From NCBI GenBank assembly GCA_964057225.1, contig OZ059894.1, positions 13,764,001-13,828,000 of the forward strand: a DNA stretch of 64,000 nt, read 5' to 3'. Each line of letters begins with the position of its first letter. Position 1 is the stretch's first letter. Both the position numbers and the translations under genes were made by a program. Below are positions 52,334-64,000 of the stretch, in pieces. The notes beneath the pieces were generated by a model. It did no database searches. It had not been told where the DNA came from and worked only from the letters and a program-made list of their open reading frames with translations. This DNA is from Auanema rhodensis (Eukaryota; Animalia; Nematoda).

Positions 52334-55300
52334 ATGATTAATCGTCGACGATGGGCTTTTGTGTATATGTTCTGCATTTTATTCAACGATATTGTGGCAG
52401 TTCATCATTGGAAAGTTAGTGATAATGGAAAGCAAATTGAAGCAGTGGTTTGTTTAAGTTTTATTATCATGTTGAGTTTGAATTTACAGGAAGATTCTGC
52501 TTTCACTGTCACTTACGCTGGATCACTTCTAGATTTCCTTTCTCAATATGATAATATTAAATTGCTAGGACAAACGACAAAGGAATTAAAAAATACAATG
52601 GTATGACACTTAAAATTGAAAGATGTATTTTTGTTTTTCAGAAAACTATTGATAAAAGAGAAAAAGAAGATGAACCAGATGTTGAGGACCGAATTCGTAA
52701 AAATAATCCTCATTGTAAAGCTGCAGAGCCTTTAGAAATTAATGATTTTTCTTTTCGCACAACTTATACGGGAGAGTTTTGTCCAGAATATCACGCACTT
52801 CATGCCAGGTTCTTATCTTATACTCACAAAAATATAACTTAAATTTTAGAAACGTTTTGGTTGTGAAAGATTCTGACTTTGAATCTGGAGATAGTGATCC
52901 AATTTGTGCTAATTTTCATCCGTTATATGATTTTGGAGAGTTTGATGTATACTTTATATTTCTTGTCTATTTTGGTAATTTTCAATTATTAAGGTTGATT
53001 CAGTGATATATACGCAGGATTTGGATGAATTTTTAAAATATGAACAGTTACTAAAGATGTACTATGTGTATCTATATCCCACAGGAACAAACTTGAATCA
53101 AATTTCACAGTTACTCACTTATTTGTTAAAACACTCAGACAAAGTAATAAAAAAGTCTGTTTTTTTTTTTTTAATTTTTTATTTAGTCTGTCTCCCAAAA
53201 TCCTTATCTTCATATGGCTTGCGCAGCATATTGGCGACTAGGCAGAGATTTTAAAAATGCTTATAAGTGCTATCAATCAGCTGCCTATTACATAAAGTAA
53301 AAATTTATTTGAATTTCTAATATTACTCTCGACTTTTCAGTGAACGTGCAAATAATGGAAACCTTAAGAGTGATTCTTATCTTCAGCTTCATTTAGCATT
53401 ATCTAATTTACTTCAAAAGGCTGTTAAGTCTAAAGAAGCAGCGGAGTTCATTGAGGTAAATTCAATAAAGTTTCCATCTGTTAATTAATCGTATTTAGAA
53501 AGTACATTTACATGCCAATCTCCGTAAAATGCTACCTTGTTTCCAAAGCTCATTATATGCTGCTACTGGTGATATTGCTATGACTTTGTCAGTTGTTAAA
53601 AAAATGTTTTTTATCTTTGGATTATATATTTTCAGGGGTCGTCAACATAAATCTCAAATATTTCCAATTGATGATGGAGACAATCACAAAGTTGCTGAAA
53701 CACATTACAGAAAAGCAATCGAAGTTCAAATTGTAAGCTCCAGAAATATTCAAAATCTAAAATTGAATGTAGGGTGTTGCCGTGGATCATGTACCAATGG
53801 AATGGGGATCAATTATTGAACATGTGCATGTCAAAATAGCTTATATTAATTGTATGTTTGCGTTGTCATCAAAATTGGAAAATCAAAAGGTAATCGTTAA
53901 AATATCACTTTATTTTTAAATTCTTTTATTTAGAATAATCTGGAAAAATTAGTGAAGGATAAACATCATTTCAACAAAATTTATGAAAATCTTGTATGCT
54001 ATACTTCTTTAATATGTATCATATCATTAATTACAGAAGACGATTGAAAAAACTGTTGGACAACGTTTTGTTACTCCTGAAGATCGCCTTATCTTCCGAT
54101 CTGGTTATGAAATGACTAAATATGGTTACAATCCGCGTATGTTCAAAAACAAAAATATATTTAGAATTATACTGTTTTCAGACAGTGAATGCTATTCCAC
54201 AATAGCCAAGAGATTTGTACTTTCTAGTAATCCGAATGATATTACTGGTTTAATTGTGTGTTCAATCAATGATGCTCAATTGTATGAAGAACATTTTATA
54301 GCAAAAAGGAAGGAAACTGTTAAGAATAGGCCTACAGTAAATATGTTTTTACGATTTAAAAAAAAATCTTGAATTGCAGTTAAATGATACTAATTGGAGA
54401 GTTGTAGAGTTATTTGCTAGGGATAGAAACTTTGAAAAAAAATTAAAACAGCTCAGAGAAACACAAACCGATATTCCCACGTTCAAACAGGAATCCAAGC
54501 AGTACGTTGTTTCATTCACTATAAATTGTATGTTCTTTTTTTCAGAAATATCATGTATTCAGCTGTTAATCGTTATTGGAGACGAGCTGATTGGCCGAAT
54601 AGTGTTGATTGCCAGATGATTATATCTCGATCTGACTTGTTTGACTCTGCAATGTTTCCTCAAATCATACTATCATTTGAAGATCGTGGCGTACTGTAAG
54701 TGATATACTTTAAAATCAATAGTAGTCATATATTACAGTGTTTCTGAGCTTTTAACTAAAAGCATAGGCTTGGAATTTCATGAAGAACATCCTTTACCGT
54801 GGGAAGAACCATTTTGTAACCAAGAAGATGTTGATAAAAATCCTTTATTAACTGTAAGTTGTCAATTCGTAAAATGTTTTTCTCATTTTATTTTTTTACA
54901 GTTTAAAGGGTTTGTCGAAATGCTTGATATGCCACATTCTAAGCCCGAATATTCTGAGCAAAAATTGAAAACGACATTTGTTCGTTTGTCGGACAAAATC
55001 ATGGAAGATATTGAAGTAGCTCAACGTATTCGTACTCTTTTGTATAATGTATTGAACATTGTTTTAATGTTTCTAATTTTTTATTGCTTTCTTCAGGACA
55101 TTGGCCCGAAGTGGGTTGCATTAAATCTAGCAGCTATGTATTGGAGAATCAAGGGTAACCCTAGACAGACTGCGTTATGTCTTGCATCTGCTGTGATGAA
55201 AAAAGTCATTTTCATCTTCTGACTCTTATCAAATTGTTCAATTTAGGAAGAAATGTCCGATATAGCTTTAACGCAACTTGCTCAAGCACTTTATGTTACG

Positions 55301-57647
55301 ACTGGCAGAAGAGATGAAGCTATTAACATACTAGATATGGCTGATGGAATTACCAAGGCTCAAGTAGAGTGTTAATAACTTGGCCTTATTATATGTTTCT
55401 GTTTTAGCCTCAAATTCCTTGGCTTCAAGGGCGTCTTCATCTCCTTCGTACAGAAGTTGATGATGCTGTTCGTCGTTTCAAAGAGGCAATGGACCGAGAT
55501 CCTCTAAATGAGAAAATATCTGAAGATTTACTCAAAGTTGCCTGTAGCGGAAAGGTACACATGAGTTATGAATTATTTTACTGAATAATTAAATTTAGTC
55601 GTCAAGACCTGCAATATCTTCACGATTCCCTACAGTATGCTGTTCTATTTATGTGCATAATGCGGTCTGTTTTAAAGTAAGTTTTATTGTTCATTATGTA
55701 CTTATGCTCTGATATTTAGGATGAAAAACTTGGGGAGCAATGTTTTGTTGTTGATCCTGAAACGCAATACCTTGTGTATCATAGATGCAACGGAGTTTAT
55801 ATGGTATTTTTAATTTATGTATTAATCAAAATTAAAAAAATTTTAGGGATTCAGTTATAAGCCACCACCATATGTGTATATTATTTCTCCATTTTTACCT
55901 ATTTTCAATACAGGTTTTTATGAATTTCAAATCAAAACTATATTTGTGTCTTTTCAGTGTCGAAAAATATTCTACCACCATTTGAAGATGATACGGGCGG
56001 AGTACAAACTATCGAAACCAAAGAACTTCCTTTGGATTACGGTGGTTCTGCTGCTTTCTTCCTCAAGCCTCCACCATTTTGGTGGACTAACACACAGGTT
56101 TCTATTATAATTATTTGTTTTTTTTTATTTTAACTTAAGAACGAAGTTCGGTATGAAACAAAGCGTGAGGTTGAAGTGGATTCTTGGGAAATTGAATCAA
56201 CTAGTGATCTCGCAGCCTTACCACCTGTATGTTTTGTTCCTTAAATATTTAAGAAAAACTCTTTAAATTCAGAAACCTCTATCTTTCCTTTGGGTAAGAG
56301 ATAAAAAAGAGATGTTAAAATGGGATATTAAACTACCAAATGTATTGCCTGCACCATTCCCTCATCAGATTAGAAAGTATTAACTTTTTCTCTTATATTT
56401 TATAAGTTTTTATATCATTTCCAGAGGTCTTAGTCGTTTCCCTCCCCCAAGGAAAACTCTAAATATGTGTAACGGTGTTAATAAAGTAAGCATCTCTACC
56501 ATATCGTTAATTAATATATCATTGTTAAGTTATCTGTATTACTGGAAAATCTATCAACGTGGGTGTCTGTGACTGCTAAAGGAGAAGACATTGAGAAGTA
56601 TGTAGATTTGAGAGGCCCAGTTCCAGGAATTGCTGGACTGCAACCAGTTTGTCCAACAATAGGTATGGTTGTTAAAGCTGCTAATTGTAATTTGATTTTT
56701 TCAGGTGTTAGTAATAGTTCGCCAATTCTCGGATTAGATCATATCCCTGCATTTGCTCTAAGCGATCAATTTTTATTTTATAAACCTGAAAAAATGTTAA
56801 CTGAGGTAGGTCATTTCAAAGTACCATGACACGAGTAGAATAGCAGAAAGGATCTGTTCTACCTAGTAAGAGAGAGTCGCTGGTTCGATTCCTCTCAGCA
56901 TTAACGTGCAATGAAGACCCAATACATGACCTAACATTACTGTGGATTACCTACATTATCCGAGCGCAATTCTTTTGAAATAATATTATTTTTTTCAGGC
57001 GTTAAAGACTTTGGGAAATGAACGTGATTCTATTGAACATGTTGCTGCAAGACTTCATACCGCCATGGTTTCTGAAGGCGTGGGACAAAGTATAGTTTTT
57101 TTTCCTTTTTCTTCCACTAGAAACATATATTGATATGTATTAATCTTTATCTGCAGAGGGCAATGTCAATTGGCTGTTGTGTGTTCTTTCATCTTTGTAT
57201 TGGAGAGTAGTCGGTGATGCACCTCGAGCTGTTGGATGTCTTCGTTGTGCACTTCAAACTGCTCCCAGTCACATGAGGGATGTAGTATTGGTACATACTG
57301 TGTTGCAACTATTTAAAAAAAATTATATCTAGGTCTCTCTTGCTAATGTTTGTCATCAAGCTGGACTTTTGAACTCAGCTCTTATAGCAGCAGGTGCAGC
57401 ATTGTCAGCCTCACCTAACTTAGTTGCCATACATTTCACCATAGCTAATATATACGCATCAATTGTGAGTTTAAAACATAATTTCTTTCCTTATTTTAAT
57501 TTTTGTACTTTTTAGGGAGATTATCAGAAGGCCCTAGAATTCTATTACTCGACATTATCTTTACAAGGCAATTTTGAACCTGCTAAAGAAAGAATCAGAG
57601 CTATTTATTGCAATGTTGATGAATCGTTTGCCTTCCAAGGCATTTAA
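52334..57647 (+). CDS. ttc-17: TTC17-like tetratricopeptide-repeat protein with signal peptide
   Basis: Signal peptide followed by HHWKVSDNGKQI (resembles the TTC17 N-terminus). Three repeated modules (ACAAYWRLG, LAAMYWRIKGN and LSSLYWRVVGD...CLRCAL). C-terminal TPRs. More than 25 short introns. Confidence 0.85.
56834..56905 (+). pseudogene. Degenerate tRNA-Thr(AGT)-derived sequence (pseudo-tRNA or SINE head) in a ttc-17 intron
   Basis: A-box-like TAGCAGAAAGG (56841), D stem GCAG/CTGT, anticodon loop CTAGTAA (56863-56869) and GTCGCTGGTTCGATTCC with a perfect B box (56882-56892). Acceptor and anticodon stems do not pair well. Confidence 0.65.
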
Positions 57648-57900
57648 ACTTTTATTTAGTTTGCTAGAAAAAATTTTTTTGAAATAGGTTTTTTTGCATA
57701 TACATTTATTGCCAAATATAGAATCCTCGTAATTTTTGAAGAAGCCTTAATTACATTCTTGCCTTTTCATTTTAAAATCATAATACTAATCATTCATTTT
57801 ATAATATAACATATCCAATTTATTTTCTCAGTTGTTGTTATATTCGATTATTGTTGGCTGGTTATGGGTTTATGTGATTGCAAATGTGATTTTATATTGA

Positions 57901-57975
57901 TCTATTATAATTGTTCCTTATTCAAAAGCTTAGAAATACACGGATATTCCGTGTTTTTCAAACGGGTGTCACTAG
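57901..57975 (+). mobile_element. Putative miniature non-autonomous Helitron
   Basis: Structure a|TCTATTATA...CCGTG..AACGGG hairpin..CTAG|t: 5' TC, subterminal hairpin, 3' CTAG, between host A and T with no TSD. Confidence 0.5.
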
Positions 57976-58045
57976 TGTGAAATTAAAATAAAGTTCTTAA
58001 TATTCATTCTTTTATCAAATTATTATATTAATATATTTATAAGTT

Positions 58046-59233
58046 TTAGGTACATTTACATTTACCTACATTACATGGCAATCCGTGACAATTATCTCCT
58101 TCTGGTGTACATTTCTTTTGATTGCAGAAGTTGAGAATGGCATCAATCATGAAGTAAAAGCCATGATCACCCAAAGCCTTAAAAACATTTTTTTCATCCA
58201 AATTTAGATCACGAAAGGTCATTAGTCTTTTCTTGAAGATTTTAATGCATCAGTCATTCTCATCTTTTTTGTTCACGAAGAAGTAATGGATTTTTCGGAG
58301 AATGAATTGATGTTTTTACCTGAGAACACTGACAGAAACCGTTTCGACAGGCTGTCCGTAAACCACCGCAATCGGAATCGGATTCACAAGTCTTTCCATT
58401 GAAACAAGTACTACAATTACAGCGACCTAAAGCTGAACCCATGCAGCGGTTTTTCTAAAAGTATATTTATTAGTTTGAAATTTTTTCAAGGCAGTTACCC
58501 TTGAATAAAAAGAACCACATTCCGCATCACTCAAACATGTTTTGTCAGCTTCACATACGGGCTCAGGTTTAGTTGTAGTTGTGGTTGTAGTTGTTGTAGT
58601 ACTAGTTGTCGTTGTTGGTGTAGTAGTTGATGGTTCTTCTGTCGAGAGTATTGTGGTTTCAAGTTCTGAATTAAAAATTATTTCAGAATCTTGAATTTTC
58701 ATAATTTCACCATGAGTATCTGTGATTAGATTATCATCCAGGTTCAACAAATTCTATAAAAAATGTTTTTGTGAGAAAACTATGAGATAGGAAGTTCAAA
58801 ATCAAAGATTCATCTACAGACCTCATCCAAATCAACTTCTCCGCTACCTTCTTCACTAGAAGGAATAAGTAAAGGCAAATCACTTAGTTCTTTGCGTAAT
58901 TCTGAAGCAAATTCAGAAACCAATCTTTTCATCAACTCCAACTCCAAAGCAGTTGTTGTGGAAAAAACTAGAATGTTATATAAATCTTATAAAAATATAT
59001 GAATCTATTACTACTTTTTTATTGGAAATCATTAACATTTAGAAGAAAATATAATTAATTATAACAATTTTATTACTAAAGTCTTTGAAACTGGATTCTT
59101 TTAAATGTTTCTATTTATCACACAGGATGATCACAAGATCATAATAAGTAGAATAACTCTTGTAGAATAAATGAAAACTAAAAAAATAAAACTTACCAAA
59201 TATTGATAAAATAATGAATATATAGGATGTCAT
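58046..59233 (-). CDS. Chondroitin proteoglycan CPG-3-family secreted protein
   Basis: Signal peptide, EEGSGE glycosaminoglycan site and Thr-rich stalk. The C-terminal Cys domain CMGSALGRCNCSTC...DSDCGG...FCN...CHGLPCNVGKCKC matches the Cys pattern I recall for C. elegans CPG-3. Confidence 0.8.
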
Positions 59234-59896
59234 GAATAATTAATTTTAGTTATAATAATAACAATAGCAATAGATTTAGCGAAAAGATATAAGTGGTTGT
59301 ATCAAAAAGAAAATATATAGTTGACGGTTGCGAGAAGAAATGAGAAAATTAGACGAAAATGGAACGGTCTTCTTTCTGGTGGAAAGTGCGATGAAAAATA
59401 CGAAAACGAGAGAATAGATGATAAAGATTGTTAATGAGAACAATAAGTTAAGAGAAATAAAGAAAGAAAGAAAAAACTATAACCTGGAAGGACGGCGGAT
59501 AAACTCATGATTTTCCTGATCATATTTATAATAATCATTATATGTTATAGAACCAGAATACGAATCAATTAATTTTGTATGATTCTCAAGAAAATTAAGG
59601 CCGAATCCTCATCAAAAAAATTAGAAAAACTAGCCAATTAACGATAAAAATTGTGATTATTCGGTTATATCCTCATTTTCTATGTGTTAAACTCTCAGCT
59701 TTTAAAAGCATTAAATACTAGATACATATAAAATATATTTAATTTAAAAGAAATACATAGAAGAAATTGTCGATATGATGATGATGATGTTCATTTTATG
59801 AGCAATAAACTCGAAGCTTCTCAGTTCTTAAAACTCAACAACTGTTTATTTATCCTATATAATGAGAATCTTTCTTTTATAATTCTCAAACACGAA

Positions 59897-61476
59897 ATGC
59901 TACAACTTTTGTATTTTTTAATTTTTCTTCAACATGTTCAAACAAATCCATGTTCTATGCCTGATTATTCTGTATATAATCCTGATTACAGAAGGTTATA
60001 TATATATACATAACATAATATATTTATAAAAATATTTATATTTAAGATGTTATCGTACAATTTTATTTCCACGAACATTTGATGCTGCAAGAGATCATTG
60101 TATAACGTTAGGAATGTTTTTGGAGGAAAATCCTAACTCTGCTGATCGCAAATTCATATCTAGTTATATATTATTCAAATAAATTGAAATTATTTTCAAA
60201 TTCACAGGTTTAATGAAAAGTGAATATGGTTTGCGATATCAATATTGGCTTCGAAAAGAACTTTCTGCTGATGGTTTAAATTAATTATATTTCATTATTT
60301 ATGTAATTATATGTATTAAGGTCATGAAATTGTATGTAAAACATTAACATCAAGGTATCCTGTTAGTTATCCATGTACTAATTATCTTCCATTTGTTTGT
60401 GTATTTCAATTTCCTGAAATATTTGAAACACGTAAGTTATTTTATTGCATTCCATTGATATCAATATGTCAAAAACTATGTTAAGTTCCAAGTGAAATTT
60501 CACATGAATTTATCATTTTATTATTATTTTAATCTGAAAAACGGTTGTATTGTACTTATTCAGATGATCAATTTTGATTATTTGTTTCATATATGAACTT
60601 TTATTTGCTTTGTTTCGTTTCAGTGGAAATGATAGAAATCAATGAGACCATGTATCTACCAGATATTTCTTTGGGCTTCAACTATACCGATATGATTACA
60701 ACTCTATTATCAGGAGCACCAGTGATACAGGGTATGATTATCTCTTGTTATATAACTATTCAATTATCATTTCATAAACTATTCTCTCGAACTTCAGAAC
60801 CAAAAAAACCAAATTTTATCATTGAATGCCCTAGCCAAGAATGGAAATTATTCGAAAAAAAACAGAGCTGCTATAAGGTAACGTAATAACATTGATTGAC
60901 TTCAACATGTACGTCAAACTCTTTGCAAGACTATTAAACAGAAAAACATATCATTACATATGAATTCTCCATATCAAAGTATTGTATCAAGTTTAGATGT
61001 TTCGATTGAGCGTAGGCATGACTATTGATAATGCACATCAAATATGTTTGAATCTGAACTCTTCAATCTTAAAAACTGTTGATACAGAAGAAAAAACATT
61101 TATTGAAAGTAGGATTATGTGAATATGACATATTAAATAATCAAAAATTCTGTTGTAGCTCTAATAGTATCTGAATTACCTTCAACACAGCAAAGTACTT
61201 CAAATGTTATGAACTTACAGAAACGAGATGTTGCACCTCCACAACCTACTCAATGTGTTTGTTATTTTTTTATTACGCAATAGTTCAAAAACGTCTAAAA
61301 ACATTATAAATACTAATATATAATGTTTCTCAAATTTGACCTAATAGAGTTGATTTCAGACATATTCGCAACGGATTGATGGTGTATTCATACCTCCATT
61401 ACATGATTTGAATTGTCATTCATTAGAACAATATTTTTATTGTAAAATAAGTGCTTTGAAAATAAATAATAATTAA
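59897..61476 (+). CDS. Secreted protein with two divergent C-type lectin-like domains
   Basis: Signal peptide. Domain 1 is RCYR...RTFDAARDHC...YWL...PCTNYLPFVC. Domain 2 is CPSQEWKLFEKKQSCYK...NAHQIC...C...YFYC. Confidence 0.75.
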
Positions 61477-62332
61477 TTTATAATATTATTAATAATATTA
61501 ATTTATAAAAAGTATTTTCATTATTAGTTTGATCATAATTTATATAATATATAATATTATATATTTTAATTTAATATATATTTCTATGTATCTGTTACCA
61601 TGGATGCTTTTAAGAGCTCGTCACCAAGCCAACCAGATGCTTTCAAGTTTAACTGACCTTTAGCCCATTGCTATGGTCAGTTATTATAATTTTTGATCTT
61701 TTATGAAACATCGTTCTGTCAGCGTTGTATTTGTTTATCAATTCAGATCATTTTCTCTTTAAAAGTTCATATGGTTATGTGGTTTTGATTACCGGCTCTT
61801 AACTATCAGAATGCAGCAAGTTTTTTTTCGTTCAGACTATGAGTGTAAGGCTTATCACCTGAGCAGAGCCTTTTTCTATTTATTGATAGCTGTTCTTGTT
61901 TTCAATTTTTGGTTGCATTTCACGACTTTTCAATATGATCGTCTTCATATTTATAAGAAAAAAAATAAAGAAAAGAGCTATTTTTTGAATTATTTATTTT
62001 CATTAAAATTAAATGTTTGTCTATTTTTTTTATTTTCTCACAAATTATAATTATATAATATACAATATACTATATATTGTATAAATACTATATGTATTTT
62101 TCTTGTTTCCCATGAATAAATAACAGTTGTTCAAAAAAGAAAATAATACCCATTTTCCCATATAAACTTCTTTCCACGACACTTAAAAATTCATTTTCAT
62201 TTTTATTAAAGTTCCAAAAAAAATGTTGATCTTGTACATATTTCAGTCTTTGCTCTCATTGTCGTTCCAGATTTCTAATCTAACACCATTGTGATTAAAG
62301 ATTTGAAGGAAGTAGATAAAACCTCTCAAAAC

Positions 62333-64000
62333 ATGTCTCACGATGTAAATTTTAATATTACCAAAGTAAGTTTTATTTTAAATTAATTATTCTGATTCCT
62401 ATATGTAATATATTTTCTGATATTCATGATAATTTCTTTATTTTCAGAAAAATATGTTCCTAAACTTCGGTTTATTAACTGAAATTGCATTAGTAGTTGC
62501 TATAAATCTTTCATTGCCATTCCTATTACAGTTAATGTATATGAGTATAAAGTAAATATTATTAAATATAAAATAAATTCAGATATCATCGATGTGTTCA
62601 ATTTGAATTCACATTATTCAATATTATGGCTTTACCATCTTTTCTATATTGCTTATATCATCTGAGAAAATATATTAAAGGAGCTCAATTTGAAGCTCCA
62701 ATTATGGCTACAGGAAAAACAATCATTGTAACTGGTGCTAATTGTGGAATAGGTTTATTTTTTTCTCAAATTTTCAACATAACATTGAAACTTAAAGGAA
62801 AATCATTAGCAAAACAACTCTGTCAACGACAAGCTCATGTTTATATGGTTTGTCGAGATCAATATAAAGCTATGAAAGCAAGAAATGAGTTGATACAAGT
62901 TGGCTTCAACTACTTTTTTTCTCAATCGAAAAAACATTTTGTAGGCGGGATGTGATGAGAATTTACTATACGTTAGATATGCTGATTTATCAGATTTAAC
63001 TACAGTTTCTCAATTTTGTGAAAATTTTAAAAAAGGTAGAAATTTGAAAAATAACTGTACCAAAAGAGTTTTTGTGTAGAAGTTGGAAAATTAGATGTTT
63101 TGGTATGCAACGCAGGAATAATGGCACAGAGGCTATTCACGCTCACCAAAGATGGCAATGAGCTAACTTATCAAGCCAACTTTTTAGGTTTTCTATTCTA
63201 TATCAATCAATATCGAATATATATTTTAATTTCAGCTCATCATTTAATGACAGAAAAGCTTCTTCCCCTTTTAGAACAGTCAGATGATCCTCGAATTGTA
63301 AATGTGAGTTCTATTGCTCATCTGTTACCAACAACGGCAAGGTTAGTGGTACATATAACTTAACATATAATATATACAAATAACATTATAATCTTATATA
63401 CTCTTAAATACTCTTAAATATTACGATGTTTATTGAAAATTGTAATTATTCAGAAGAAGTGCAATGAATGATATAAAAGAACATACTTTAGCAGGTATGA
63501 ATACGTATAACAGGAGCAAACTTGCACAGGTATGATGTTTACAAGTTCTTTTGCAAAATAAAGTTTAAGGTTCTCACTACGAAAGCATTATCGGATGAAC
63601 TTGAGGCTAAAGGTTCGAAAGTTCGGGTGTTCTCTTGCCATCCAGGAAATGTGGATTCTAATATACTGAATAATGGAACTTTCCGCTTTTTCTTATATAC
63701 ATGGCTTAAGTAAGTAAAAAATGAAATATTTAATTCAAATAAAACAAATAATTTAAAGAGTAATCATTTCTTATATATTAAAATCATCTGATGATGGTGC
63801 TCAAACTCCAATGTATATCTGCTTATCGAATAAAGTTCGTTCAGGAAGTTATTATCAGTAAGTCTTTTGGAAACCATTAATCCGTAATAATATTTTTTAA
63901 AAATTTTGTTTTTAGTGAATGTAATGAAGCATTACATAAAGTACATGATCTATTTTTTGATGAAGATGAAAGAAATGCAATATTAAAGGAAACTAGAGAA
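62333..64000 (+). CDS. Short-chain dehydrogenase/reductase, RDH11-14-like (3' end beyond window)
   Basis: TGANCGIG, CNAG, NVSS, YNRSK and HPGNV motifs, with N-terminal hydrophobic segments. The start at 62333 is tentative. Confidence 0.9.

Noticed and set aside
1-64000. CRISPR arrays, rRNA, intact transposase/RT genes, telomeric arrays
   Set aside because: None seen in the window.

Overview
AT-rich, intron-dense eukaryotic DNA that looks like a rhabditid nematode. The evidence is about 42-50 nt introns, unpaired acceptors just upstream of start codons, and gene content. It is not C. elegans, and the species cannot be fixed from sequence alone. All gene models were spliced by hand. From left to right: a small orphan Cys-rich gene with a hydrophobic tail (+); rps-16 and fib-1 (-, operon arrangement); a divergent tandem pair of Vasa/GLH-like DEAD-box genes (+); about 9 kb of non-coding DNA; unc-120/SRF (+); ARMT1/DUF89 (-); crm-1/CRIM1 (-); arx-2/Arp2 (-); a TTC17 homolog (+); a cpg-3-family gene (-); a two-domain C-type lectin (+); and an RDH-type SDR (+, truncated by the window edge). 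The most striking observation is the helicase pair. The first gene has an intact 13-exon ORF but has lost every ATPase motif (a pseudo-helicase). The second keeps its ATPase motifs but has lost the RNA-contacting arginines, and the two are spaced like an operon. Also notable are frequent AAG splice acceptors, NHL/PUF-type elements in the fib-1 3'UTR, a hydrophobic uORF in crm-1, an intronic tRNA-Thr-derived element and a 75-bp Helitron-like element.
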